Notes: generated by a model not told the origin, from the sequence alone. Shown: positions 30,950 to 41,479, counted from the first letter of the stretch. The stretch is DNA of 64,000 nt from Leptolyngbyaceae cyanobacterium (GCA_050331235.1 JBHJHA010000008.1:1-64000), one strand, 5' to 3'. Numbers and translations: made by a program.

Positions 30950-31435
30950 ATGCCTTTCCTTACTAGCAGATTAGTGAAAATTGCCGGACTCACGGTCCTT
31001 GCTGCTATATTGAATCTGTTTTTGACTCAATTCAAAACTGTTGCTCAACATCTAGCAGAGATCTCGCAAACTCCGCCCGTTAGCAATCGTAAAGAGGCAG
31101 ATGCCTACTTGCCTATGCCTGCTGATACTGTCGAAATTACGCTGGTCAATTCAAGTCTATCTATAGTGTCCTATATGTTGACTGAAACTGGCGAATTTGA
31201 AACGTTAGGCTCAGATGAGAAAATTACCTTGGAGAGAATTGATACCCCCGCCAGAATAGGGTTTCGCCTATTAGACGGAGGGCTGACTTATGCTGAAATC
31301 CAATCAATATCTGAAGATGGAAATGGTCTAACGGTAGAATTTATGCCTTTGGATCCGGCAACCTTTTACAATAATCCAGACTTGATCGCTAGAAGCCTTG
31401 TCGTTGACGAGGATGGAGCAATTCACCTTGACTGA
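30950..31435 (+). CDS. Hypothetical exported protein
   Basis: 161-aa ORF with hydrophobic N-terminus and beta-rich C-terminal part. Confidence 0.65.
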   Translation: MPFLTSRLVKIAGLTVLAAILNLFLTQFKTVAQHLAEISQTPPVSNRKEADAYLPMPADTVEITLVNSSLSIVSYMLTETGEFETLGSDEKITLERIDTPARIGFRLLDGGLTYAEIQSISEDGNGLTVEFMPLDPATFYNNPDLIARSLVVDEDGAIHLD

Positions 31436-31871
31436 GACTACAGCCTGCCGGAGGCAGATATCATCTTGCAAGTTAAGCGTTTTGTTGTCTCTCTAAGTCC
31501 GAGGTAGTCAATTGATAATGATGAAGGCAATGGTACATACTTGCCTTCGCCAGCCTTTTACTGAGAATGCGTGATTGATAGCATCATGTAGCTTGATGAA
31601 AAGCCCGCTTTGACTGCTGAACAAAGTCTTTCTGCCCTTTGGTAATCTGGGCTGATCATATTCAAGTACTGTCATATTCAAAGTAAATATTCTGCCTTTA
31701 AGGCTAATATCAGAAAAAGATTCATATTTTTAAGAGTTCCAAGTAGACTTTAATATATTGGTTTATTTTCTCAGTCAGTGTTGGTCGAGACTCCGCTGAC
31801 TAGTTCTCCAGTTTTTCTATTTTGACAGCAACTTTAGGCTGTTCTTTTTCCCTAGATTGAGGATTCTCAAT

Positions 31872-32774
31872 ATGAGTGCCGAGCAACAAATCCATGTCAT
31901 CTTCAACCCTATTTCAGGACAAGGCGATAGCGGAAGAGAACTGGAAACTTTGGAAAGTTGCCTGGCCGGCGTCGGTAACTTGGTTGTCCATTTGACATCA
32001 GAAGATGTTGACGGCAACATATTAGCTAAACAAGCCCTATCAGAAGGCGCTGATTTGATTGTTGCTTCTGGCGGGGATGGAACGGTGTCTGGAGTTGCCG
32101 CTGCTCTGATCAATACAGACGTCCCCTTGGGAATCATCCCCCGGGGAACAGTGAATGCGTTTGCATCAGCAATGAATATTCCCGAATCGATCGCGGATGC
32201 CTGTGAACTAATCAAACAAGGCCACACTCGCCGGGTTGACACTGCTCGCTGCAATGATCGTAGTTTGTTGCTCCTCGCGAGTATCGGATTTGAAGCTGAC
32301 CTGATGGAAGAAACCGACCGAGAAACCAAGAATAAGTATGGCAAACTGGCCATCCTAGTAAATGGCTTAAAGCAGCTGCAAAATTTACAAGCGTTTGAAT
32401 TGACCATCGAGATGCGTGACGATAGTCAAGAATTCAACGCATCTGCTGTGGTTGCAGCTAATGCTGCGACTCTAGCAACGTTCTTGGCTCAGGGACCTGA
32501 AGAAGTCGAGGTTTCTGATGGTAACCTCGACGTTACGGTCATTCGCCCCGAGGGACGCTGGGATGCCATCACGAGCGCTGCTGATTTGTTCTTTTCAGGT
32601 CTTTTTAATCGCGCTGCCCAACATGATATGGTGACGCATCTGCGAGCTCCTCAGATAACTATTACTGCCAATCCGGCGCAAAAAGTCCTGGTTGATGGAG
32701 AGCTGGTGGGCAAAACTCCGATCGATATTGAATGCCTGAAGCATTCTTTGATCGTCGTTGTTCCAGAATCTTAG
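31872..32774 (+). CDS. YegS/Rv2252/BmrU (diacylglycerol kinase-like) lipid kinase
   Basis: IFNPISG, ASGGDGT, GIIPRGTVNAFA, VDGE; GAGGA RBS before ATG 31872. Confidence 0.9.
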   Translation: MSAEQQIHVIFNPISGQGDSGRELETLESCLAGVGNLVVHLTSEDVDGNILAKQALSEGADLIVASGGDGTVSGVAAALINTDVPLGIIPRGTVNAFASAMNIPESIADACELIKQGHTRRVDTARCNDRSLLLLASIGFEADLMEETDRETKNKYGKLAILVNGLKQLQNLQAFELTIEMRDDSQEFNASAVVAANAATLATFLAQGPEEVEVSDGNLDVTVIRPEGRWDAITSAADLFFSGLFNRAAQHDMVTHLRAPQITITANPAQKVLVDGELVGKTPIDIECLKHSLIVVVPES

Positions 32775-33283
32775 CCAACAACTGCAGCGATTGCTCCGAT
32801 CTCAAGCAGTCCGGGTCTACTCAGCTCAAAAGCTGAGAATTTGGGCCAACCAACGTCGTTATTCATGCGCTCAGGGCTCTTGATTCTCCCCACAGAGAAG
32901 GATGTGCCCTGCCTTGTATACCCACTCAATCAGTCAAAGTCGATCAGTCTATTTTTGAGAAGCTGGTAAAAAGTCTCATTCGAGTGCCAGCTAAGGAAGA
33001 TCTAGGGAAAGACTCGGAGAGAAAACGGTTGGAGAATGGCTTTCGACCGCTGATTCCGTATATATTCTGTTGGCTGCTACGACTTTGATCGGGCAGCTTG
33101 ATGGTATTCACAGTCGGCTTTAGACAAACTTAAATGAGTTGTTCGAAATCCGTAATAACCGAAAGTTTTTCTATTAATAATCAAGGAATTTTTCCCAACA
33201 TTTTCCCTCTATAAGTTTAGTCAGGAATCGTCAACGGGAATGCTTTATATGTACTGGATAAGCTAGCGCGATCGGTGATATCT

Positions 33284-34738
33284 ATGAAGCCAACAATTTC
33301 GCTTGAGTCAGAAGCCTACGCTGTTTCAAAACAGGCATCTCCTCTTTTTTCATCACCTATGGGTCAACCTCAGATGGCCGCTGCAACCAACCAGTCCAAT
33401 CCCTAATTGGAAATTGAATTTCCCCTATTTGAAGAAGCCACTCAAACCGCTGCTCGGTTTTTGGACATTCCAGTCAGTTTTGTCGGTATCTCCGCTCCCG
33501 ACAGTTTGATTTTGAAGGCCGCTGTGGGGTTATCTCAACTCGGTCTGATGAATCCTTTGGCAAGAACCCGTCGCCTATCGCTTCAAGATAATTTAGTCAA
33601 AGCCATCTTATCCAGTCAACGCAGCTTAGTCTTGGCTGATATCTCTGAGGGGTCTGAGTACGCGACATCATGCTTGGTCAGTGAGTATGGTATTCGTTCC
33701 TATCTTGGCATTCCTTTGTTAACGGCTAAAGGCGAATGCATTGGTATTTTGGCTGCCATGGATACGCAGCCCCGCACGTTTTCGCCTGAAGCGATCGCCT
33801 TTATGGAATTGCTGGCCCGATGGGGTGTCAGTGAATATGAACGCCACCAGCTGGAGTTGACGTTAGCCAATGCGGCCGTTGCTAAATCCGCATCTTTAGT
33901 GGCCCAGGCATCGGTCAATGATGATTCCCTGTTAGACACGGTGCGGTTGACCCTGATGAGTCAACTCACCCAAGACATGCGCAACCCGTTAACCACGATT
34001 ACCGGCATGGCCAACATGCTGAGCCGAGAAATTTATGGCTCTCTCACCCCCAAGCAGCGGGAATACGCTGACATCGTGCATACGAGCAGCCAGTACCTCC
34101 TCAACTTAGCTAACGAGGTGCTTGAGCTCAGCGGTATGGATGCCAGAATGCAGCCGCTGCAGCCGACTTCGGTCGATATTGATATGGTGGGTCAGCATGT
34201 TGAAAGAATGCTAGAGCCTCTCCTGAACGAAAAGAACCAGGAAATTCGCATGACAGTGGAGCCGGGCTCTCGTCTGTGGACGCTAGACCGTGATGTGGTG
34301 CGCTATTTGATGTATCACTTGCTCTTCAGTATTGTCCGCCTTTCTGGAGAAGGGGGAACTTTGCAGATCCACAGCGCTGAGCGGAATAAAAGCCTGAATA
34401 TGAGCGTCAAGCTGTCGCATCCTTGGCTGGGAGATGGCCTGCCTCAATCGGTAGTCAGTTTGTATGAGCGGCTTACGCATCCAGATGATGAAGTTGATCT
34501 GCTAATGCACTTGCTTGCTCGAGTAACTGGCCGCAACGATACCATACCCCAAAGCCAAGAGTCGCCACGAGAGTTTCAAACGTCGCCTGAAATTCTCCAG
34601 TCGCGCGAGACTCTCGCATTATTACTAAGTCGTCATTTGATTGAACGACACGGCGGTAGCCTTGACTTACAGGGATCCGCAGAGCTGGGGTACCGCTTCT
34701 TAATTGTGTTGCCCTTTCTACAAGAAAGCGCTGAGTAA
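33284..34738 (+). CDS. GAF-HisKA-HATPase-like sensor with degenerate catalytic motifs; in-frame TAA at 33404-33406 (possible pseudogene or shortened start at 33407)
   Basis: FEEATQTAARFL...YGIRSYLGIPL GAF; H-box reads TQDMRNPL; ATG 33284 is in frame 40 codons before the stop. Confidence 0.75.
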
Positions 34739-34786
34739 CTTACCCTGCTTGGTGGAACTGGCGAGTGTCTGCTTGGCAGAAAATCC

Positions 34787-35458
34787 TTAGGGACGATATT
34801 CACTCATAGGCGTCAGGTTGACCTGTTGACGCCATTCGGTGAGCGATCGCGCCCAATGGTCCTCCCACTTTTGCGCTAAAAATGGGTGAGCAGCAGAGCC
34901 CAACCGATACCCAATGGCAATTTGCTCCAGTAGCGGACCGATAGTTTCAGGGGCTTTGAAGACCGCACTGAGCACTCCCCCCGCGAGCAATACGGCAGAC
35001 AATGGCCGCCGGGTTTGGGCCAACTCAAATGCCTTGAGACCGAGTTCCCCAGGCACATCTGTATCAAATCCAGCGACTAAATGCCAAATGTCATGGGTCT
35101 GCCGCATCCGCAATAAAAAGTAGCTGACGTCGTCGTCTACTGATATCGGACGGTAAAAGTCAGCTTCAAAGCCTGATGATTTCAAGTAGTGAGCATAGGC
35201 ATAACCTAGGGACTGCTCAGGCAGTTGCGATAGCACATTCAAATCTGGGGGATCAGTCAGATATCGCTCAGCAAAAATTGCGGCTACTTCAGGTCGCTCT
35301 TTGACAAATTCCACGGCCAAGGTTGTAGCCCGACGATTGCGCAGGCCATCTTCGACATCGTATACCGAGTCAGTTTGACTGGGATCAATTACCAGCTTGA
35401 TGGCACCCCGAATCACGCCTAAGAGATCCAGGTCAATTTGACGACCTATCAGTGACAT
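34787..35458 (-). CDS. Coq4 family protein
   Basis: LPEQSLGYAY and metal motif THDIWH...GFDTDVPGE; GGGGAGA RBS before ATG 35458. Confidence 0.85.
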   Translation of the reverse strand: MSLIGRQIDLDLLGVIRGAIKLVIDPSQTDSVYDVEDGLRNRRATTLAVEFVKERPEVAAIFAERYLTDPPDLNVLSQLPEQSLGYAYAHYLKSSGFEADFYRPISVDDDVSYFLLRMRQTHDIWHLVAGFDTDVPGELGLKAFELAQTRRPLSAVLLAGGVLSAVFKAPETIGPLLEQIAIGYRLGSAAHPFLAQKWEDHWARSLTEWRQQVNLTPMSEYRP

Positions 35459-35563
35459 GACATTCTCCCCCAACCGCAAACAGTGCTTGGCCTAAGACGG
35501 TCGATTATCCTAGAAACCAGAATGCCGATATCAGCACCCTAGCCATTGACGCTTGCTTGATCT

Positions 35564-35788
35564 CTAGCCGTCAAATTTTTCGAGTTGGTCAAGACGTAAC
35601 CAAATATTGGGCGTTGGGACCTGACCAAACATTACCAAGGCATAGTCATCTCGCGTTTCCAAAATTTCCCCCTGGGTTTCAAACAGGTATGGTGGAAACC
35701 GCGTGTCGCTAGCCTGAGCTTCAACGCTATTTTCCAGTTTTTCGCGAATAGCTCTGACGAGGTCGCCGCGCTTGGGAGTATCTGCCAT
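35564..35788 (-). CDS. ndhO: NAD(P)H-quinone oxidoreductase subunit O
   Basis: [30 protein letters not shown]...[13 protein letters not shown]. Confidence 0.95.
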   Translation of the reverse strand: MADTPKRGDLVRAIREKLENSVEAQASDTRFPPYLFETQGEILETRDDYALVMFGQVPTPNIWLRLDQLEKFDG

Positions 35789-35843
35789 GATGCGATCGCA
35801 CCTTTATTCAAAATTGTCCGCAATCATTGTAAACCGCTGATCC

Positions 35844-36692
35844 TCATCGCTGACACTGCGGACAAAAGTGAGCCGACCGACCGGCCAGTTTGATTCTCCG
35901 AATGGGGGTTTCGCAGGTGCGACAGGGCTGGTTTTCGCGGTCGTACACATTAGCAACGCCGCCATAGTTGCCGTTTACTCCGTGAACATTACGAAAATCA
36001 CTGAAAGTAGTGCCCCCTTGATTGATCCCGGTTTGCAAAGCAGTGCGAACCGCTCCGTGTAGCCGTTCAATGCGCTTGCGGCCGAGTCGCGCGCACAAGG
36101 TCGTCGGGCGAATTTGACTGAGAAAGAGAGCCTCATCAGCATAGATATTACCTACCCCCGCCACTAACGTTTGATCCAGTAGGGCATTTTTAACTGGGCG
36201 TTGCCGTCCACGGGTCATTTGATATAAGTAATTAGGAGAAAAGCGATCGCTAAACGGCTCTGGACCTAATGTTGCGAGTCCGCCCATGATTTGTTCTACA
36301 GGCAGACCGGGCGGCACCCACCACAGTCGACCAAAAGTCCGCTGATCCACAAATCTCAGCTCAGAGTTGGTCCCCATCTGCAACCGGACCCGGCAATGCT
36401 TAGATACGGGTTCATCGGGTGAGAGCCAGAGCAACTGGCCAGTCATGCGCAAATGTACTCCTAAATGGCCCGCTGCTGTGCCATCAGCATTGACTAGCGA
36501 CGCGAGCAAATATTTACCCCGACGGTGCCACATGGTCAGGGTCGTGGCAGTGATGCCCTGCCAAAATGCCTCAAGAGAATCGGGGTAGGCAATGCTGCGC
36601 GGTAACAGCACTTCCCCACCCCGAATTCGTTGATTGAGTGTAACTTGATTGAGACCCCGACGAACGGTCTCGACCTCAGGAAGCTCTGGCAC
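35844..36692 (-). CDS. mutM: Formamidopyrimidine-DNA glycosylase
   Basis: PELPEVET start, RRGKYL, HLRMTG, GVGNIYADE, C-terminal zinc finger. Confidence 0.97.
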   Translation of the reverse strand: MPELPEVETVRRGLNQVTLNQRIRGGEVLLPRSIAYPDSLEAFWQGITATTLTMWHRRGKYLLASLVNADGTAAGHLGVHLRMTGQLLWLSPDEPVSKHCRVRLQMGTNSELRFVDQRTFGRLWWVPPGLPVEQIMGGLATLGPEPFSDRFSPNYLYQMTRGRQRPVKNALLDQTLVAGVGNIYADEALFLSQIRPTTLCARLGRKRIERLHGAVRTALQTGINQGGTTFSDFRNVHGVNGNYGGVANVYDRENQPCRTCETPIRRIKLAGRSAHFCPQCQR

Positions 36693-36814
36693 AATATCAA
36701 CAAATCAGTCTGATAAGCGTATGGTAACGCCAATATATCGCTACTCAGAGCTATGGAAGCCTATTGCCTGAGCTCGATACGCTGACTCAGGCCCTCAGTC
36801 AGCTCACCCGATGA

Positions 36815-37033
36815 CTACTTTTTGGCGGCACTCTTTTTCTTGGGCGCTTCCACTTCAACCAGCTCATCCATGGCAAAGTTGTTGGTATTGACCCCTGAGT
36901 AGTTGACTTTGTCAAAGCGCACCACGACGGGATAGCGGATACCACTTTCATCAACTGTGGCAACTTTGCCAGTTTCCCGATACCAGTAAGATTCTTTCCG
37001 TAGGATGCGGACGACTGAACCACGCTGAACCAT
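36815..37033 (-). CDS. psaE: Photosystem I reaction centre subunit IV
   Basis: [15 protein letters not shown]...[20 protein letters not shown]. Confidence 0.98.
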   Translation of the reverse strand: MVQRGSVVRILRKESYWYRETGKVATVDESGIRYPVVVRFDKVNYSGVNTNNFAMDELVEVEAPKKKSAAKK

Positions 37034-37157
37034 AAATATGTCCTCTTGAAAACGAGTTTATAGATAAATGACTCGTTAATCAGACTACTACGGAACCCTT
37101 GACTTGCCGCCTTTTCAGGTTTAAGTTTTGTTGCCAGCCCCCGTTTGCAAAGGCGTT

Positions 37158-37175
37158 TTTGAAACACTTTGAAAC
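37158..37175 (-). promoter_or_regulatory. HLR1-like (RpaB-type) direct repeat upstream of psaE
   Basis: GTTTCAAA-GT-GTTTCAAA on the minus strand, one mismatch per half to (G/T)TTACA(T/A)(T/A)-N2 repeat. Confidence 0.6.
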
Positions 37176-37453
37176 AATCGTAGACTGTCCAGAAGGTAAT
37201 TCGTCAGTGCCAGATTTGCCGTAGCTAGCGATCGCCTCGCCCCAGCAAATGTTGTGCTTGTGCCTCAATAGTGGGTGCGGCTGAATAACTGTTTGATATA
37301 CTCGCTACACTGCGATCTGCTGTTAGCGTCTCAGGCATGGTTGTCGTTCGTTGACGATGCTCTGAGGTGGTTCGACTGGCTCGGCAGACAGTAAATCCGC
37401 AGCGTTTAGTCATTTTTGCTTCGGCACACCGTTAGCAGCAGGGAAGTAAGAAC

Positions 37454-37666
37454 ATGTTCGGGTTTCAGGCTTTAATCGCTTTAGAATATGCCACAACGTT
37501 AAAGACGCTGGTCTATGTGCTCTTTGCCAGCGGCTTTTTGGTCGCTGTCGTGGCGGGGTCTGTCGCCTGGTATAACTCGAAAAAACCAGCCGGTTGGGAA
37601 GGCGCTGAAAAACCTGATTGGGTGCCTAAAGTCGGAGGCGAAGAGGGTGGCAGCAAGGACTCTTAA
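37454..37666 (+). CDS. psb35: Photosystem II assembly protein Psb35-like
   Basis: Single TM then GSVAWYNSKKPAGWEGAEKPDWVPKV. Confidence 0.8.
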   Translation: MFGFQALIALEYATTLKTLVYVLFASGFLVAVVAGSVAWYNSKKPAGWEGAEKPDWVPKVGGEEGGSKDS

Positions 37667-37784
37667 TAGCTGGTATAGGTTGGCATTCTTGTCTTGCTTT
37701 TATGCCTTAGGCTGGGTGATGGCTTGGGTTAATGAGCTGAAACCGAACTTGTGTAAGGCAGACTATCGGTTTCTCGACTTTCAA

Positions 37785-38056
37785 GACGTGGGGTGGGTTG
37801 AGCTGTGTGAAACCCACTGCACTCATTAGTTGGTTAGGCCAGCGCCAGCGTAACCCATACCAATTCACGCTTGGCGATGCGATAGGAGGCTACCCTTATG
37901 TACCCAGAGATACTCAGCCTAGCGTCATTAGCGAGTGCCAGCGCCCCGTGACCGACCAGGTTTGCCCCGACGAGTAGGCTTAAAGGGCGTTTTATAGCGG
38001 TTACGTCGAACGGCTCGGGCCGAAGCATAGCCAATGCGTTGAATGCTCGACATACT
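37785..38056. repeat. Cluster of degenerate REP-like palindromes
   Basis: GTGGGTT...AAACCCAC, TGGTTA...TAACCC, GGGCCGAAGCAT...GAATGCTCG hairpin remnants. Confidence 0.45.
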
Positions 38057-38305
38057 GATTCCTCTAGGTTCACAATCTCTCGCAAGCTTCAGAGGCCATC
38101 TTGCCATTTCCGGAAGATTTGAGCAGGTCAAAGGGCCCTAGCGATGATGATGGGCTGCATAAATGGCAGTTTGCCAAACCCACCGATAATCGCTGGGCAG
38201 CGAGGTTGACGGTCCTATCTTCAATGGGTATTTTGCTAAGGTGCTGAGCTGTTGCTAGCTTCCGGCATTCGCGCTCCTATTCGCAAAAGGTCTCGCTGGG
38301 CAACG

Positions 38306-38992
38306 ATGACAAATTCTTTCCAAGCCTTTCGCGATCGCTTTCCCACGGCCAAGCTCACCAGCGAAATTTTGATGCTGCAGGGCGAGCACTTTGTCGTCAA
38401 AGTTACCCTTGAGACTGACACCCATGGTTGTGCCAGTGGTTTAGCAGCCCACCCAACCGTTGAAGTGGCGGAAGATCGCGCTCGCCTCCGCGCCCTGCAA
38501 GGTGGGGGTTGGCTGGGCGAAACGCTTCCCGCTTCATCCTCCGTCAATAATGACAATACTGAACCATCAAGTAGTCCGCCAATAACTTCAGTGCCCTCTG
38601 CGGTCATGTCTGAACAGTCAACCGCACCTCCCGCAAAGTCACTGCCAAGTCCGCCTCAGCACCAACCGGCTCGAAATCGAGAGCGGCCCGAAGAATCACC
38701 GCCGCTAGCAGTCTCGCCATCCTCGATGCCCTCACCTCCAGCGCCTACTGAAGCAGAGTCGTCAACAGCCCTAGATACCCCATTAGAGCAAACCCCTCTG
38801 ACTGAAGCTGAACTACCCTCGCCTATCAACCTCTCCGATGTCATTGCGCAAACCGACATTGAATTGCGTCGATTGGGCTGGTCGGTCGAGGCCGGTCGGG
38901 AGTATTTGGAAAACACCTATCAAAAGCGATCGCGCCACGAACTGTCGGAAGAAGAGCTCATCCAGTTTCTCTGTCACCTCGAGTCTTTATGA
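38306..38992 (+). CDS. Conserved cyanobacterial hypothetical protein (two small domains joined by a Pro/Ser-rich linker)
   Basis: N-terminal GLAAHPTVEVAEDRARLRAL; C-terminal SDVIAQTDIELRRLGW...YQKRSRHELSEEELIQFL. Confidence 0.75.
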   Translation: MTNSFQAFRDRFPTAKLTSEILMLQGEHFVVKVTLETDTHGCASGLAAHPTVEVAEDRARLRALQGGGWLGETLPASSSVNNDNTEPSSSPPITSVPSAVMSEQSTAPPAKSLPSPPQHQPARNRERPEESPPLAVSPSSMPSPPAPTEAESSTALDTPLEQTPLTEAELPSPINLSDVIAQTDIELRRLGWSVEAGREYLENTYQKRSRHELSEEELIQFLCHLESL

Positions 38993-39311
38993 CTGGGGCA
39001 AACAGTGACAACTGCAGACCTTCAGCACTCTTTGGCAAGTCAGCAAAACGGCAACAGTTTTTGGTTTGCCCGACTTTATGATCTCGAATCAGGAAATATT
39101 TCAATCGGTTAATAATATTGCGATTCGTAAAGCGGTTGCTACGCTCATCCCCCCTCCTGTTGATAGACTATGGGACAGTAAATGGCTCAAACCTTCGATA
39201 GATAAAGCCTTTCAGGTCATCCTCTAAGGAATGCATAAGGTTTTCTCTATGCCCGTTTGTAGCTAATGATTGCTGCCACTTTTGGCACCAGGAGCTTGTA
39301 CTAGAGGACTC

Positions 39312-40388
39312 ATGGTAGATTCCCTTAAAAAGCCTGAATTAGAAGAGATCCGGCCTGGGGTCAAAGCGCCCGCCAAGGACACCATCCTGACCCCTCGGTT
39401 CTACACGACTGACTTTGATGAGATGTCCCAAATGGACATCTCTGTGAATGAAGACGAGATGCTCGCAATTCTTCAAGAATTTCGCGAGGATTATAACCGT
39501 CACCATTTTATTCGAGATGAAGAATTTGAGCAGTCTTGGGAGCATATTGACGGCGAGACTCGTCAGCTGTTCATTGAATTCTTAGAACGTTCCTGTACGG
39601 CAGAGTTTTCGGGATTTCTGCTTTACAAAGAGTTGGGTCGTCGGATCAAAGACAAGAACCCAGTGGTCGCTGAGTGCTTTAACCTCATGTCGCGGGACGA
39701 GGCTCGCCATGCTGGTTTTTTGAATAAGGCGATGTCCGATTTCAACCTGCAGCTCGATTTGGGCTTTTTGACCAAAAGTAAGAAATACACTTTCTTTAAG
39801 CCTAAGTTCATTTTTTATGCGACCTACCTGTCTGAAAAGATTGGCTATTGGCGTTACATCAAGATTTACCGTCACTTAGAGGCGCATCCCGAAAACCGAA
39901 TTTATCCGATCTTCCGCTTCTTTGAAAACTGGTGTCAGGACGAGAATCGTCACGGCGACTTCTTCTCTGCATTGATGAAGTCTCAACCCCAGTTTTTGAA
40001 TGATTGGCGTGCTCGGCTCTGGTGTCGTTTCTTTTTGCTGTCGGTGTTTGCGACCATGTATCTTAATGACCTCCAGCGCAAAGATTTCTACGCTGCGATC
40101 GGTTTAGATGCCCGCACCTATGACATTGACGTCATTCGCAACACGAATGAAACAGCAGCTCGCGTCTTCCCAGTGATTTTGAACGTGGACCATCCTGAGT
40201 TCTTTAAGGCGCTAGATAAGAGTGCGGCGGCGAACTCGAAGATGGTGGCGGTTGGTCAGGGGAATCAACCTCAGGTATTCAAGTTCTTGGGTCGCTTGCC
40301 TCACATTGCCACCATTGGCTGGCAGATGATTCGGCTTTATTTTATGAAGCCCATCGATGCAGAGCAAATGCGGACGGTGGTTCGCTAA
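39312..40388 (+). CDS. acsF: Mg-protoporphyrin IX monomethyl ester (oxidative) cyclase
   Basis: [56 protein letters not shown] before ATG 39312. Confidence 0.97.
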   Translation: MVDSLKKPELEEIRPGVKAPAKDTILTPRFYTTDFDEMSQMDISVNEDEMLAILQEFREDYNRHHFIRDEEFEQSWEHIDGETRQLFIEFLERSCTAEFSGFLLYKELGRRIKDKNPVVAECFNLMSRDEARHAGFLNKAMSDFNLQLDLGFLTKSKKYTFFKPKFIFYATYLSEKIGYWRYIKIYRHLEAHPENRIYPIFRFFENWCQDENRHGDFFSALMKSQPQFLNDWRARLWCRFFLLSVFATMYLNDLQRKDFYAAIGLDARTYDIDVIRNTNETAARVFPVILNVDHPEFFKALDKSAAANSKMVAVGQGNQPQVFKFLGRLPHIATIGWQMIRLYFMKPIDAEQMRTVVR

Positions 40389-40408
40389 CCACTGACTGGT
40401 TTAACGTT

Positions 40409-40436
40409 AGGCCCCGGTTCACCGCCGGGGCTTTTT
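40409..40436 (+). terminator. Intrinsic terminator of acsF
   Basis: GCCCCGG-N7-CCGGGGC followed by TTTTT. Confidence 0.85.
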
Positions 40437-40537
40437 GCTGTATAAAAGCGACAGCGATCGCAATTTTCCTGAGCCTTTCCTGCTCTCAAGTATGAAATGG
40501 AGAACCGGGCTGCTCCCATTGTCGTAGTTAAACTCAT

Positions 40538-41479
40538 ATGTTGTCTTTGCTGTTGCGTGCATCTCTAACTCGCTTTTGGGACTGTTTTGGTCGCTCTGGC
40601 GCGATGCTCATTGGGGGTATCAGTCCGGGGCTGGTTGCGTCTGCCGCCGCCGCCATGCCTGCCCTGTTACCGTTTCATCTGTCATGTTCGAGCCATGCAG
40701 AGATTGCCCACAAGATAGATAAAGCAGTCTGCGGGGTTGCTTCATCTGAAGATAGTGGGAATCGTGCCAGTCATACCGCCGCCGATGCCTTGATCTGGAT
40801 CGATCCTTTCGCGATCGCCACTGGCGAAGCCACCCTACCCACCCCTGCGGCGATCGCGGATGCATCAACCCTCTCCATTGAACAACCGGTTGACATCGAT
40901 CCCGCCATTATTGAGGGCAGCCCAGTGTTGCAACGCTGGTTGGAAGAAGTCCCAGATGTGGCCGTCGACATCCACCATGATCCGGCGTTTCGGACTCGCC
41001 TGCGGTTGGGCTATGCAGAGTTTCCCTCAACCGACAACACTGGCGGCCTATACGTTGGCGTGCAAGATATCTTTGTGGGGCGTACCCCTCTGACGGTTAG
41101 CGCTGAATATGCCACCAACGGACGCGGCGATCGCCAAACCATTGGAGTGGATGCTCAATACTATTTGTTTCCGCTGGGCTGGTACGGCAACATTGCTCCC
41201 GTAATTGGCTATCGAGACATTGAGACTTCTGCTTTTGAGACCGCCGGCATCAACATTGGCCTCCGGGTTATTCTCATCCCCTCTCGCACTGGCACCGCCG
41301 ATTTATCGGTTACCCAAAGCTGGGTTGACCCTGGCACCAGTGAAGAAGTGGGATTGACAACGTTTGCCGCTGGCTATGCGATCGCTGAAGATCTCCGCAT
41401 TGGCACCGATATTCAGATTCAGAATACGCGTAAACGCCAAGAAAGTCGGGTGGGCGTGCTCGTGGAGTGGATGCTTTAG
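40538..41479 (+). CDS. Hypothetical protein, probable outer-membrane beta-barrel C-terminal domain
   Basis: SPVLQRWLEEVPDV...DPAFRTRLRLGY then alternating hydrophobic strands ending VGVLVEWML; start uncertain. Confidence 0.65.
   Translation: MLSLLLRASLTRFWDCFGRSGAMLIGGISPGLVASAAAAMPALLPFHLSCSSHAEIAHKIDKAVCGVASSEDSGNRASHTAADALIWIDPFAIATGEATLPTPAAIADASTLSIEQPVDIDPAIIEGSPVLQRWLEEVPDVAVDIHHDPAFRTRLRLGYAEFPSTDNTGGLYVGVQDIFVGRTPLTVSAEYATNGRGDRQTIGVDAQYYLFPLGWYGNIAPVIGYRDIETSAFETAGINIGLRVILIPSRTGTADLSVTQSWVDPGTSEEVGLTTFAAGYAIAEDLRIGTDIQIQNTRKRQESRVGVLVEWML

Noticed and set aside
31657..31685. Short direct repeat TCATATTCAA
   Set aside because: Two copies in AT-rich DNA, plausible by chance
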